Shown here piece by piece: positions 1-14,700 of a stretch of DNA of 64,000 nt. The notes beneath the pieces were generated by a model. It was not told the DNA's origin. It saw only the letters and a program-made list of their open reading frames with translations, and searched no databases. This DNA comes from Octopus vulgaris (taxonomy: Eukaryota): NCBI GenBank assembly GCA_951406725.2, contig OX597815.1, positions 29,574,001 through 29,638,000 on the forward strand. The letters run 5' to 3'. The position numbers and the translations under genes were made by a program. Position 1 is the stretch's first letter; each line of letters starts with the position of its first letter.

Positions 1-175
1 GGCAGAATCGTTAGCATGCCGGGCAAAATGCTAGCGGCATTTTGTTGGTTTTTACATACTGAGTTCAAATTCTGCCGAGATTGACTTTCTCTGTCATTCT
101 TATGGGGGTCAATAAAATAAGTACCGGTTGAGTACCAGGGTCGATGTAATCAACTTACCTCTTCTCAGAATTCGA
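1..175 (+). mobile_element. tRNA-derived SINE with Nin/Deu-like domain (cut by window start)
   Basis: ggcagaatcgttagc head, gagttcaaattc B box, ggggtcaataaaataagtacc domain; same family at 2709, 18976, 21770, 49752, 53024, 56992, 63068. Confidence 0.85.
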
Positions 176-197
176 AACCAATTACAGACATATTTGT

Positions 198-525
198 GAA
201 GGTGCATGGCTCAGTGGTTAGATCGTCGAACTTATGACTGTCAGGTTGTGAGTTGAAATCCCGGACCGGGCTGCGTGTCTTGAGCAAGACACTTTATTTC
301 ACGTTTCATCCAGTTCACTCAGCTGTAGAAATGAGTTGCGACATCACTGGTGCCAAACTGTATCGGCCTTTGCCTTTCCCTTGGATAACATCGGTGGCGT
401 GTAGAGGGGAGCCTGTATGTATGGGTGACTGTTGGTCTTCCATAAACAACCTTGCCTGGACTTGTGCCTCAGAGGGTAACTTTCTAGGTGCAATCTCATG
501 GTCATTCGTGACCTAAGGGGGTCTC
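198..525 (+). mobile_element. tRNA-derived SINE with Meta-like central domain
   Basis: A box tggctcagtgg, then cttgagcaagacactttatttcac...ccagttcactcagctgtagaaatgagt; reverse copies at 21630-22165 and 36845-37155. Confidence 0.75.
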
Positions 526-1296
526 CGACAGGCATATTTATTTACTGTGAAGTTTCATGTTTTATATAAGTTGTTTAGAAAACAGATGAATTCCACAATT
601 TCTTGCTGAACAACCTGTACAGATTTGTTTATAGTGACCAAATGTTTGTGCTGTATTTAGCTTGATTCCACCTTCAAATTGACATTGCCTGTACAGGTGC
701 ATGGGGTGTGAAGTGGTCACATGTCAAAGTGATCACAGAGAACATGAAATGTAGTGTTTTGCTTAAGAACATTACACATTACCTAGTCTGGGACACAAAA
801 TCACAGTTTTATGACTAAGTGCATAGCATAACCATTAGTTTCTATTCCAAGTTGGAACCATGCTGAGGATTATCCTTTGATTGTAATTTTGAGGTAAAGG
901 AGGGAGATATTCTCAATTTTTCAGTTTCCTAGATGTTAGATAAATCTTTATTCAGCAGTTTTCTGTTTCCAGATTTTTGCACACAAGAGATTCTAGCTGT
1001 TGAAGGTATTCATAAAATTACTGATTAAAAAAAAATCTTGTATCTTGTTCTTTGCTTTATTGCTGCTATTATGTAGCATATTCATTAGTGCATATTCAGT
1101 GCCTTTATTGAATTACACCAGGAGTCGATATATTGTGTCTCAATTTTGCATTTTATAATTCTGGAGTCAATAAAATAAGTACTGGGTGAACTAGGTTTGG
1201 TTTAATTGCTTGCAACCTATTCCCAAAATTGATGGTTTTGTGCCAATGTAAAAAAAAAAAAAAAATTCATGGAATGTTTCTTTAATTTGATTTCAG

Positions 1297-1360
1297 AGTG
1301 AATATATTGCACCGTGTGATGCCCGGCTTAAATTTGTATCTGGATTTTCAGGATCTGCAG
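1297..1360 (+). CDS. XPNPEP1: XPNPEP1 exon (first in window): [21 protein letters not shown](G)
   Basis: tttcag acceptor, gtgagt donor, 64 nt. Confidence 0.95.
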
Positions 1361-4300
1361 GTGAGTATAGTTTTATTGTGAGTGCCAAGTGTATGTACAG
1401 ATGTCTGTGGGTCTTGCTACTTGATTCAAGTCTGTCATCATCATCATCGTTTAATGTCTGCTTTCCATACTAGCATGGGTTGGACGATTTTGATTGAAGG
1501 CTGGCAAACCAGATGGCTGCACCAGGCTCCAGTCTTGATCTGGCAGAGTTTCTACAACTGGATGCCCTTCCTAACGCCAACCACTCCGAGAGTGTAGTGG
1601 GTGCTTTTTACCTGCCACCGGCACGGGCCATCAGGCGGCACTGGCAATGACCTCGCTCGAATCTTTTTACACGTGCCAGTGAAGCGACGTTGGTAATGAT
1701 CATGCTCGAATGGTGCCCTTTTATGTGCCATGGGTACGGAAGCCAGTTGGCTGCTCTGTCAACGATCATGCTCGGATGGTGCCCTTGGCACCCTACTAGC
1801 ACAGTCATAAGTGCCAGTAAGGCGACGCTGGTAACAATCATACTCGAATAGCCGCTCTGTCAACGATCACACTCATAGGGTGCTCTTTGCAACCCGCTAG
1901 CGTGGATGCCAGTCATCGAATTGATTTTGATTTTGATTTGTATAGTCACAAACTCAGGGCCATGTCTGTGTTAAATTAGTATGATGTTACATTGGGCTTA
2001 AATTTTAAGTTGAAAGATTGAAGTATATAAAAGATTATTTCTACTGATGGACAATCCTTTCAGAATGTCCTTTGTCTACTCTTTTTTTGTCATTTATTCA
2101 CACAGTGTATTATTTGTTTTCATTTTATTTCTATGCTATAGGAACTGCAATTGTAACGGACACCAAAGCTGCCCTTTGGACAGATGGTCGTTATCATCTT
2201 CAAGCTCAACAAGAAGTGGATGAAAATTGGGAGATTATGAAGGATGGTAAGTTTACAAACTTAGATTTAGTTTAACCCTTTGGCATTTAAACTGGCCATA
2301 TCCGGCCAAAAGTATATTCTGCCTGTTTCATCTTCAAACTGGCCAGATCTGGTCTCTCACACCAACCCTACAATATCGTTTTAAAAATTAACAGCTACCT
2401 CATCAAAATCTCAAAGCTACAAGATAATGCATGATTAGTTCAAAACAACGTGGATAAAAAAAGCATTAGTTTTGGCAGAATAATGCGAACACTAAAGGGT
2501 TAAACAATGAACTTTTTCCCTGAAGCACTTGTCTCCTTTTTTAATTTATCTTTTCTCTTGTGAGAACAGATTAAACTTTAAGTGTTTTTATGCATATTTC
2601 CATACATTTTCAATTTCTGAGCAGTTTTTATAGCTAGACACATTTCTTGGGGCTAATCTCTAAACTGTAAAATAGAGAGTGAAACCTTTTTATATTAGGT
2701 AAATTTAAGGTGGGTGAGCTAGCAGAATCGTTACCACACTGGGCCAAATACTTAGCATTTCGTCTGTGTTTACATTCTGAGTTGAAATTCCTCCAAGGTC
2801 GACATTGTTTTTCATCCTTCTGGGGTTGATTAAATAAGTACCAGTTGAGCACTGGGGTCAATGTAATCAACTTGCCCTTACCCTTAAAAATTTCAGGGCT
2901 TGTGCCTATAGTAGAAAGGATATTAGGTAAATTAGAAACAAACAATTATTTCTTAGGGTACAGCACAATGGTTGACCTCATGACTATAATCAGTAATCCA
3001 ACATCTTAATTTTGCATCTGTGTAATTTTTTTTAATCTCAAGACATCAGTTATGATTCTGTTATGGATGTCAGAATGAGAATACACTGGAGTGTCAGCGG
3101 TGATTCCAGAAATTCCAAGCTGGAAATGACAGCCGAGATGAACCTCGTCCTGGAAGATCTGTAGAGCTTGATGAGGATGTCTTGCAAACCCTGGTGGAAC
3201 AAAATCCCATCGTAACTGATGAGAAACTAGCAGAGATGCTTGGATTTGGTCATTCAACCAGTTATTCAAGTCAGCACTAGAAGAAAAATGACCATCTTTG
3301 GTTTCAAGATGAAAAGTGTTCTTCCATCAGGTTAATGCTTGGCCACATACAGCAAGGATGACATTCCAAAGGCTGGAGCTGTTTGAATGGGAAATGATGC
3401 CCAACCACCATAATCGCTGGGCATTGCCCCATTTGATTATCATTTATTCTGCAGTCTTCAAAATCATTTGGATGGAAAGAATATGAATTTTGTAGATGAG
3501 GTCAGAACGGTACTGGAGGAGTATTTTCATTATGGACAAGTGAATTTTAGAAGAGGGTCTTTGCAAGTCTACCAGATAGATGGAAAAGCATTGTAGAAAA
3601 GGGAAAGTATGTCTTAGATTAAAAAAGAACTTTATCTTAATCTTGAAAAATAAAAGAATAAAAAGACCACATTTATGGGATGACCCAATACACTATATGT
3701 CTTTGATCTACATATCTGAATATAAAAAAGTGAAGCACGGAGAAATCTTCAGTCCTTGTATGATATACTCAACATTCCTTGCTCCATTTTATTTGGTAGT
3801 AGCAGAAATAAAAGTGAATAATAGTACAGAGCGCAAATTGTATTTGGTGTTTCATATGCTAAAATCTAAGACTTGTCAACCTTATTGTCATGTTGTCTTA
3901 TATGGACATCTGTATGTTGTGTTTCTCATCAATACAATTTACTTTCAAATAGCTCAAGTCACCTGATTGTCATCACCATCTAATGTTGGCATGGGTTAGA
4001 TGGTTTGACAGGAACTGGAAAGCCAGAGGACTGACTGTACCAAGCTCTTGCTTTGGTATGGTTTCTCTGAATGGATGCTCTTTCTAATGTGAACTGCTAT
4101 ACAAAGTGTATCGAGTGATTTTTATGATATCAGCAGCAGTGAGGTCACCAAATATTTGCAAGACGATGACCCCTCTTAACTGAGAGAGGAAGTGTTACTG
4201 AGGAAGCTGGTTTTGTGCCAGGTGCTGAGAGGTTAAACTATTATAGAGAGAAATGGCCGCAGCCTTCGGGCTGAAGCATTTTTAGCATGGCCGCAGCCTT

Positions 4301-5566
4301 CGGGCTGAAACATTTTTAGCATGGCCACAGCCCTCAGGCTGAAATATTTTTAAGGATTTAAGAAAAATGGGCGTCTTGCTGTGGAGGAGGTACATTGGTT
4401 ACCCCCAGTCGGAGAGAGAGAGAAAATGGTGAAGATGTGGCAGGCTCTACCTTCAATGGAGAAGGCGGTGAATGTAAGCAAAGTGGTGCAGAGGATTGGA
4501 CAGGGCAAGTGATTAGGGAGTTCACGAGAGTGTAAAAGAACAGTGGCGGGAAAGTATAGTAGAAAGTGAATGCAGTGAGTGGTGGACATGGGTATACAGG
4601 AGAGTATATAGCAGGATAGCAATGATATAGTTTGCAGGGGAAGGACAGGGGAAAGAGAGAGATATGACAAAGTGGTGTTTTGCTGCAGGAGTGGGTGGGG
4701 AGAGAGAAGCATAAGTATGATGGGATGTGGTTTGGTACAGGATGGGGTGGTAGGTGAATTAATGTAATGTATGGCTGGAGAGCACATTTCTCTTTTACTT
4801 GTTTCAGTCATTTGACTGCGGCCATGCTGGAGCACCGCCTTTAGTCGAGCAACTCGACCCTGGGACATATTCTTTTGTAAGCCCAGGTGGCACGTAAAAA
4901 GCACCCACTACATTCGCGGAGTGGTTAGCGTTAGGAAGGGCATCCAGCCGTAGAAACTCTGCCAGATCAGACTGGAGCCTGGAGCAGCCCCTGGCTTCCC
5001 AGACCCCGGTCGAACCGTCCAACCTGTGCTAGCGCGGAAAACGGACGTTAAACGATGATGATGATGATGATGAGTACTTATTCTATCGGTCTCTTTTGCC
5101 GAACCGCTAAGTGACGATCTCTTTAAAATTAATAAGTTGTTCATTAACTTGCTGTACTAGGATTAACTATTAAGCTCTTTGAAGCTTTAGGTAAACGTGA
5201 AATTTGGTTGTTGGCTGGTTTGATTTATCTGCTGTTTTTGTTTCTGTTATTGAGAAATCAAAATATTGATTGGTGTTCATATTTCAGAGTTTGTGATTTG
5301 CATTTAGTTTTAAGATGAAGTTGGTGTATTTATAGCCTTAATTTCAAAGCCATGGACGTTATTGTTGTGTTATTCCACTGAAGGAAGAAAAATTTTAGCA
5401 TGAGAAAAAGGCATTTGTAGTAAGACAACAAGAGTTCAATCAGCCATTCAGTTTTTTTAATATTTTGCCTTTTCCTTACTGTTATGGAGAGAACTATAAA
5501 AAGAAAAAAAAAAAATTACATTAATGTGAATAATTTTATTATCTCAAATGATAGATATATCTAGAT

Positions 5567-5606
<40 letters not shown>

Positions 5607-5706
5607 CCTGCTCGCTTAGCCAGCGGGGTGGCATCATTCGAAGGCTAAAACAATGCGAACGCATTGTGACCAGCGATGTGTAACAGCATCTGATGGTCTG
5701 GTTGAT

Positions 5707-5739
<33 letters not shown>

Positions 5740-8700
5740 CTTAATGCATTTAGAAAGTAATAAATGTGATAATTTTTCTATCTTTTTTCTATGAATTTCC
5801 AGCTTTGTTCCTGTTTAAAGGAAAGTTTTGATTTAAAATTCAACAGTCATTCATTTTCATTGTTATATATGAAGAATATCTTTCTTTGCAGGTATTCCTG
5901 ATACCCCAAGTAAATCTGAGTGGCTTGTAAAGGTATGTTAAGTTTAATTTAATCGAATAGATATTTAATATAGCCATTTTATTAATGTGTCAATGAGACA
6001 TAGGTGAGAATATAAATATGACTATGAGAACCTTGTGGAATTTTAACCTATGTATTTTATAAATGCAAATTGGCTCTTTATGAAAATGAACTATGCCTGT
6101 TGCTGGTTAACTAGTTATGACTTTGTCCAGCTTGTAGATAATTGTGTAAGCTAGAAGATGATTTGAACATTAGCAGCCACATACTAGCTTACCTAAATCA
6201 GAAAAGACATGGTTATAAGATTTTGCATTTTAATCAAGTTGATCAAGAAGCACAGTAATGTATAAAGATTCGAAATTATGATTTATAACTGTTGGTATAA
6301 AGATGTAAATGAATGGTGGTAAGGGAAACTTGGCATTAAACTAAGTTGTTGATGAGCTGTAGAGTAGTCTCACTAGGTTGTTGCATGTTTTCTCATTTGA
6401 ACTCTTCATATTTGTACTATTTGCCCTTCCTGACACCAACCCTTTTAGTCTCTCTTACACGTGCAGGGGATAACACGCACATACATACACATTATGTGTT
6501 TGAGTGTGTTGCTTGGCTCACTATTTTCATATTGGCACCAATTTCACCATTTGGTGCTTGTAGTTGATTTAAGTTAATGGGGTATACATGTAGGGGAGAG
6601 AATTTTCTAGTACGGCACAAGTTCCATTGAAACTAATATTATGGTTATAGTTACTTCCCTTGAATGATGTTTTAAAAATAATCTCATTTCTTGTTTCTGA
6701 GAATTTCTTTCAATATTCCTCGCTCTCCTTTTTATGGCTTCTTTGTTTCCCTCCCCAATACTCTGCAATACAGTCGAGTATTTACAGCCTTTACTGTCAT
6801 TCAGTGATTTGTTTACTTAACTGGAGGTGCAGTGACTCTTTTATCGTCTTTGTTACTATTGCAATTTTTTTTCTCAATATCTGTCCTGTATCAAGAAATT
6901 AATCTGGCTTGTGGAATGAAGTTTTTGATTATTAGGGTATATTTTCGGTTCCTTTCCTACTTTTGATTAGCTATTTTTATAAGCAATAGCAAACAATTTA
7001 TAAGAATATTTTGGGGGAAGGGGAATGCCCCTCTCTACCTAGGGACTCTTGACTACATATCAATGAGATTTGTGAAAGCTTCTTATACTAAGCTTCTTTA
7101 ACCGTATACTGATGTTGATATTAAAATTGGAAGCTCTTTCACTTAGGAATGAGGAAAATTAGTTACTGAAAATTTGGACAAGATTCTGTTTACCTGAAAA
7201 TATTTGGCTCTTATGAAAGTTTTGAACTAATTTTGAGGTGATCATAAATTTTTGTTAGATATTTTCTACTTGTTTCAGTCATTAGACTGTGGCTATGCTG
7301 GGGCTACTATTCAATTTTTGAATACATTCAATTGGTCAATATTTGAAATGTCATAAACATTCCTTTGATTTGTTTGTAGGAAATACCATCTGGTGGAAAT
7401 GTTGGTACTGATCCTTGCCTTATATCAGCTGGTAAGTTATTATTTCTTTTTTTTTTTTTGGTATTTATACTTACTACTATTAACTCTCTCCAAGTATTAA
7501 TAGTTACTACTATTAATACTAAGAGGTGTTGTAAGCATTATAGTGTAAGAGAGTGTAATCTTTTAACCAACTCTCTCACTTGGTTTGAAATGCAAGTTGA
7601 AACTAGTTTGCCATACAATTTCTTTTACTTGTAAAAATAACTGAGGCCTCTTTGAACCTAATAATAAATCATTTCAAGGTCACAAGTGTGGAGAAAACCT
7701 ACAAGAACTACTATTGAAGTAGTCTAATAATCCACTTCTGTTTAAGATAAAGGTTAAGGGATTATTAATTGACAATGGACTATTATAAAGGATTTTGAAA
7801 ATTTGCATTTTTTTAATATTTGTTTATTTTTATTGTTATTAAGATTATATGTTGTTATAGAAATGGACACAACACATATGGCCTTGTTGTTTGTATTTAC
7901 AAACTCTGTGATAATTATAATAGTGATTATCACAAATAAGTTTTGATAACACTTGTTTTCCTTTGGTTGTGCAGATACCTAAAAAGACTACATGGTGGTT
8001 ATCTCAATAAGATCTAGAAGTCCATTTTGTTTAACTTCTCTTTTCATTTGAACAAAATTTAATAAAAGAAGAATTTTATCTTTTGTATATCAATTTATTT
8101 TTCATGACAGTTGAATGGGAACGTTTACATACTGAACTGCATGGCTTCAATTTAAATTTGTTACCTGTTAACAAGAATTTGATTGATGAAATATGGGAGG
8201 ACCGTCCAGCAATACCAAACAATCCCCTTCTTGTACTGCCAGAGGATTTGACTGGTAACATTCTTTTATACTTATTTTATATATCATCATCATCATCATT
8301 GTATAACATCTGCTTACCCTGTTGGCATGGGTCGGATGGCTTGACTGATGACTGGCAAGCCAGAAGGCTGCACCAGGCCCCAATCTGATTTGGAAAAGTT
8401 TCTACAGCTGGATGCCCTTCCTAATGCCAACCTCTCTGAGAGTGTAGTGGGTGCTTTTACATGCCACTGGCACAAGGGCCAGTCAGGCAGTTCTGGCAAT
8501 GACCACGCTCAAAAGGTGTTTTTTATGTGCTACCTGCATGGGAGCCAGTCTGGCGGCACTGGCAATGACCACACTTGAATGTTGTTTTTCACGTGCCACT
8601 GGCACGTGTCAGTAAGGCAACGCTGGCAACGATCATGCTTGAATGGTGCTTTTTACGTGCCACCGGCATGGGAGCCAATCAGCGGCCCTGGCAATGATCA

Positions 8701-11700
8701 CGCTCGAATGGTGCTTTTTACGTGCCACTGGCACGGGAGCAACGATCACACTCGGATGGTGCTTTTAGCATTCCACTGGCACAAGTGCCAATCAGGCGGT
8801 ACTGTCATCGGCCTTGTCAGCGATTTTGATTTTACTTGCCTCAACAGGTCTTTCACAAGCAAAGTTTATTGGCCAATGAATGAGGGGTACTCATAAGTGG
8901 GCTGGTTACACCCACTGGCATAAGCCATAGGTTATGGTCTCATTTGGCTTAACCTTCCCCGAGTAATGAAAAACCTTTATGCCAAATTTGGTACAGATTG
9001 ATCCAGCAGTTTGGCTGTGCATAGAGGAAACACACACACAGTGAATTATATATCTATCTATCTATGTATGTGTGCATATTATCATCGTCATATATTTGAC
9101 CTTTTAATACATTTCTTTTTACAGATTTGTTTTTCTAGAGCCTATTAACTTTTTAAAGCGCTTATAATCATTTATCATTCAGATTACTCTGTCAAGTGTA
9201 ATAGTTATTTTTTCCACATTGATTTGAATTAGTCAATCATTATCTTCTAGCTTTGAAAGTTCAGAGATGTGTGTGTTTATTTTTAGAAGAATATTGTAGA
9301 ATAAGTGAGAAGCCAGAGTTGGTCAGTTTAAACATAAAACAGGTAGAATATTTTGGCTGGATGTGGCAGGTTATCACATTCTTGTGATGTGAGATGCTTG
9401 TGTGAGCATTTAGTTAGTTAAATTAAAGAAACTGGAAGGAATGATGAATGCTAAGTGGAAATGTGTTAGCAGTTGCTGTTTAACTCCTCTTTTGTTTTGA
9501 TTGAACAGCTCTATGATTAAAGGCATTCCAGTTGTGAAGCTAGCTTTTTCAGACACTTTTTCTTAGAAACATTAAATATCCTTTTCCTTTTTAAGACAAA
9601 GAGTGGTACTTGAGAACTTGACTGCTATTTCTAGCAAGCTGCTTAATCGCATAAAGGCTCCTTCAGCTAGACTGTAGAAAATACCTGTTGGCAGAGTAAG
9701 ACATAGTAACAAGATAGTGGTGTCCCAGGATGCTAAGTCTCACATACAATGACAAAGGATTGTGACAATATGCTGCTCAGCAAACAACTCCAATTGGATG
9801 TCATCATCATCATTTAAAGTTGATTTTTCTATGCTTACATGTGTTGAATGGAATTTGTTGAGGGAGATTTTTCATGGCCGGATACCTTTCCTGTTGCCAA
9901 CACTCATTTGCAAGCTAGACATTTTCTTCAGAGAAGACAAGAAATGAACATCATTACTCGTATGATAGTGATACTCACTTACAACCAGATTTCAAGAAAA
10001 GGATACACTCAAATGCACACATGCACTTTGTATGCACACGTGTGTGTGTTTGCACTTATGATAGGCTTCTTTCAGTTTCTGTCCACCAAATTCACTCACA
10101 AGGCTTTGGTTGGCCTTGGGCTATAATAGAAAGGTGCCACACAATGGAACTGAACCCCAGACCACGTGGCTGGGAATCAAGATTCTCTACCACACAGTCA
10201 TGCTGGCACCTATACAAAATGTCAAAAATGTCAAAATGTCAAAAATGACAAATGTCAAAATGTCAAAAATGACAAATGTCAAAATGTCAAAAATTCAAAA
10301 TGTCAAAAATGATATTTCTGTTTATATCACAATTTGATTATCTTCCTCTTTTTAAGTGCTATAGCTCTAATATCTCTGGTTTGAATTGAAATTGAGTTTT
10401 CAACACTGATGTTTTAAAGACCAGTGTATGAAATATATGTTGGATTTCATTCTAGCTAAGTGATACTTTACACCTGGAGATAGAATATACAAATAATCCT
10501 AAAGTAGACTAGGCTAACCAGAACCAGACAATGAATTTAATACTTTCTTTAATAATAATAATGAGCTTGTTGTATACAGTGCTCAAATGCATTACAACTT
10601 GTTAGAAAAGAGTAAATGGGGGTGGGGACAGAAAGCTGTCTTTCTTTACTTTAAATCAAGTAAAGAAAGACTACAATGATAATTAAAACTACATGACTAG
10701 TACATGCATGTGCTTGTATATTAACTGTTTTAGTTCTAAGTGTAAATCTTTATTACCGTAAATCCTCGAGTACAGTCCGCCCTTGAGTATAATACGCAGG
10801 GGATTTTTAGGGGGCTGTACCTCTGAAAAACTTAAACCTTGTGTATAATACGCACCCCTTCTCTAACTTGAGTCAAGGAGGTCTATATAACGTCCTTGGT
10901 TTAGAAAATAAAGAAATAACAGTAATAGCATTTAATAAATGTTGCTTATTGCAAGTTATGAATGATTCTTTTATGACTTCATTGTTTTGAGGCTTAGCTT
11001 AAGGTATTTTCACGCCTGACATCACAAAATGCGTCTGAATAAACATTGCTGGACAGCAAATAGAGACTCGGACATTGCTTAGAAAATAATTTTCATTTTA
11101 ACCTTGTATATAGTACGCACTAGGGATTTTGACCTTTAAATTTTGGGGGAAAAATGCGGATTATACTCGAGGATTTAACGTATTCAAAGTTATTTTCACT
11201 AATTTTTCTTAGTAAACAGATGATAAACTAATATTATTAATAGAAAGTATGATAGTCATTGCAAGAAATGATTTTTAATGGACTGAGTTTATAGATGCCT
11301 TCACATTTCCTTAATTCATTTACTCTGATTGTTATTACTATTGAAAAAAAAAAAAGCATGAAAGCCACATAATCTCCTTTTTCAAATGTCTGACTTCATG
11401 CTTCAGAATTAACATTTAGTTTGAGTAAATGCGGGGTTTTAAGATTTATTTCATTGTTTATAAGGTTGGCTTTGGCATGGCGTTCTGCTCTTGCTTGATG
11501 GGGTTATTCCAAGTTAGTAGTCCCAGATCAAGTCCACCAGTGGTGTCCATCACTCGTGGTCTCGTGCCAGCCCCTCTGCATCCTCTAAGGTGACTCCGAG
11601 TCTTTGGAGAGCTTTCTCAATCACATCCAGCCATCTGGTGCAGGGTTTGCCATGAGGCCTCTTCCAGGCTGCAGCTGTAGCCTTGAAGATTAGTCATAAA

Positions 11701-14700
11701 TATCTAAAAGAAAATCTAATTATGAAATCAGTGTCTCATTTTAATTGTTTTCATTTTTCTTGAATTATTTTAGGTTGTTCTTGGCCAGAGAAAATTGAAT
11801 ATGTACGTTCTAAAATGTTAAAGGAAAAAGCTACAATTTGTATCTTCACACAATTAGGAGAAATTGCTTGTGAGTAACAAATATTGTCTTGTTATAATTA
11901 AAAATGTTGCTTGAAAAATTGGCTTTTCAAATGTTGTATGGTATCTATGTTTAACTTTTTTTTTCTATTTGTATGAAGGAGCTAATGTGGACATTTACAG
12001 CTGGTATGAGATGAAAAATCTAGGTGTTCAAGGATAAGTGCTTTAGGAGGTTGCTAAGCCTCTTGTACACAGAGCTAAAGACTAGCATGTTTGGTAGGCA
12101 TTAAATGTCACCCAATGTGATACGTGAAACACTGAAAACTCATCTGGTATGGACATGTATCCTATCACAACTGTCCAAAATCATTCTCCAGTACATAGTT
12201 GGAGATAAAAAAAAAAGGTAGATAAAGAGAAACTTAGTTCAATAATATCAGGAATTGGACTAACACTGTAACCATTTTGTGTGTAATAGAGGACAGTCAT
12301 AAGCAGATGTTGGTGATGCTGATGAAAATTTTATCAATGTTTCATTTGGTAGTATTTGTTATAGTTTTTATATTCAGTGTTCAAATTTTGTTGAAGTCAA
12401 TTAAATAAAATACTTGTTCACTGGTGGAATGGTAGAAATATTAGAATGATAAACAGAATGCTGACATTTTATGTTCTGAGTTTATCTGTGGTGGCTCTGG
12501 TTCCAGTTTGTATTGATCCTTTCCTTTTTCTTGGACAAAATTAGTAGCATGCTGGAAGGCTGCACCAGACTCAAGTCTGATTTGGCATGGTTTTCTATGA
12601 CTGGATGCCCTTCCTAATGCCAACAACTCCAAGAGTGCAATAGGTGTTTTTACATGCCACTGGCACGGGTGCCATTTGCATGATACTGGGCAACACCTTT
12701 TCTTCAGTCTTGTCCAGACTTGCACCCTGGAAAGGAACTTTCCTAGGGTAGATTTTCAACCTCCATTAACTTTGATTGCAGAAACCTTTTGAATTGTTGT
12801 TTCTAAATTGCATAATTCTACTATTTCTTCATAGAAACATTTTGTAACATTTCTTTGGTGGGTGAGAATGTTGTTACAAAGTTATGCTTTATAATTCCAA
12901 CATACATTTTTTTTTAATAATATGCCATCCACGGTTTTCTTCTTGCTGATATGGAGTTGACAGCTTAAATTTCCCCCCCATTTTCTTTCATATTCAAAAT
13001 TTTCATATCTATCAACATGTGCTAGCTTGCAAATATAAGTATTAAAATAATATTTTTCTCTTCCTGTTTTTCTTAGATCTGTTCAACATGAGAGGAAGTG
13101 ATATTAAGTACAATCCTTTGTTCTTTTCCTATGCCATTGTAGAAATGGAGCAAATACAGTAAGTTTCTTCTAAACAACTATATTTTTATGTTGATATTAG
13201 CGAAACAACATTATGTTTATTGTTATATTTCAGAATGGTCATTTTGCCAGTTTAGCCAATAAAAACACACGCACTATATATTTGGTGTTATTTTGCTTCA
13301 GTGTTATTTATTTTTTATATTAATATCAAACCAAAATCAAACCAAATCAAAATAGATGAACATCAATGGAATTTGTATCTTTGTGGTACCAGTGCCGGTG
13401 GCACATAAGAAAACCATCCGAACGTGGCCGTAGCCAGTACCGCATCGACTGGCCTCCGTGCTGTGGGCACGTAACAAACACCATCCGATCGTGGCCGTTC
13501 GCCAGCCTTGTCTGGCACCTGTGTCGGTGGCACATAAAAAACACCATCCGAGCGTGGCCGTCTGCCAGCCTTGTCTGGCACCTGTGTCGGTGGGACATAA
13601 AAAACATCATCCAAGCGTGGCCGTCTGCCAGCCTTGTCTGGCACCTGTGTCGGTGGCACATAAAAACACCATCCAAGCGTGGCCGTTCGCCAGCCTCGTC
13701 TGGCACCTGTGTCGGTGGCACATAAAATCACCCACTACACTCTCGGAGTGGTTGGCGTTAGGAAGGGCATCCAGCTGTAGAAACACTGCCAGATCTGACT
13801 GGCCTGGTGCAGCCTTCGGGCTCCCCAGACCCCAGTTGAACCGTACAACCCATGCTAGCATGGAAAGCGGACGTTAAATGATGATGATGATGATTAATCT
13901 TAATCTTATTTCGGCCAGATTAATATAAAAAATAAATAACACTGAAGCAAAATAACACCAAATATATAGTGCGTGTGTTTTTATTGGCTAAACTGGCAAA
14001 ATGACCGTTCTGAAATATAACAATATCTGTTTCAACACACGACTTCACATAAAAAATCTTGTACAACAAATATATAAACGTACTAACATTATGTTTAGTT
14101 ATTATTTTAATTCCCAGTTGACTCTCATTACTTTATATGGCTAATACTTTATGAAAAATGTGGAACATTGCAAAATATTTCATTCCTTTTTAAAAATATG
14201 GCCTCTTCTCTATCTGTATAAAAAAAATTAGTACAATGTAAATTATTGATGCAAGGGGATAAGGTTTGCTGAATGAATCTATTCCTTGGTGGTGTTCCTC
14301 AAGTACACTCACCTGCACTATGATGCAAGATCATATAGTGAAGAATGCTGTCTTGCAGATCTTCCCTACATATACCAGCATGGAAGCATGTGCATTAAAA
14401 GCAATAGTAATGTGTGTTGGTATATTATTGACTTACAATAAGCTCGAAACTAATGTCACTAATGATTCCTCAAAATAAACATCCCATAATAATCTTAATA
14501 AATCTTAGGTTTTGAGCCTGTATAAAATGGAAAAAAAAAAAAATCCAAATTTAGGATATTGCATTAAGTTATGTATTTAACATTTTAAATTATTCATTTA
14601 TATTTATTGATATAATTTATGTAATTTTATTTATTTTTAGTTTGTTCATAGACGAAAAGAAAGTAACTCAAGGAATTAGAAACCATTTAACTTATAAAGG

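Noticed and set aside
4350-4904. Longest ORF in the track (184 aa, minus strand)
   Set aside because: Spans SINE ends and a purine-biased tract; no recognisable domain.
13380-13730. Regular ~62 bp repeat array resembling a CRISPR array, with ORFs on both strands
   Set aside because: No unique spacers, no cas genes, eukaryotic intron; it is the internal subrepeat of the RTE tail.
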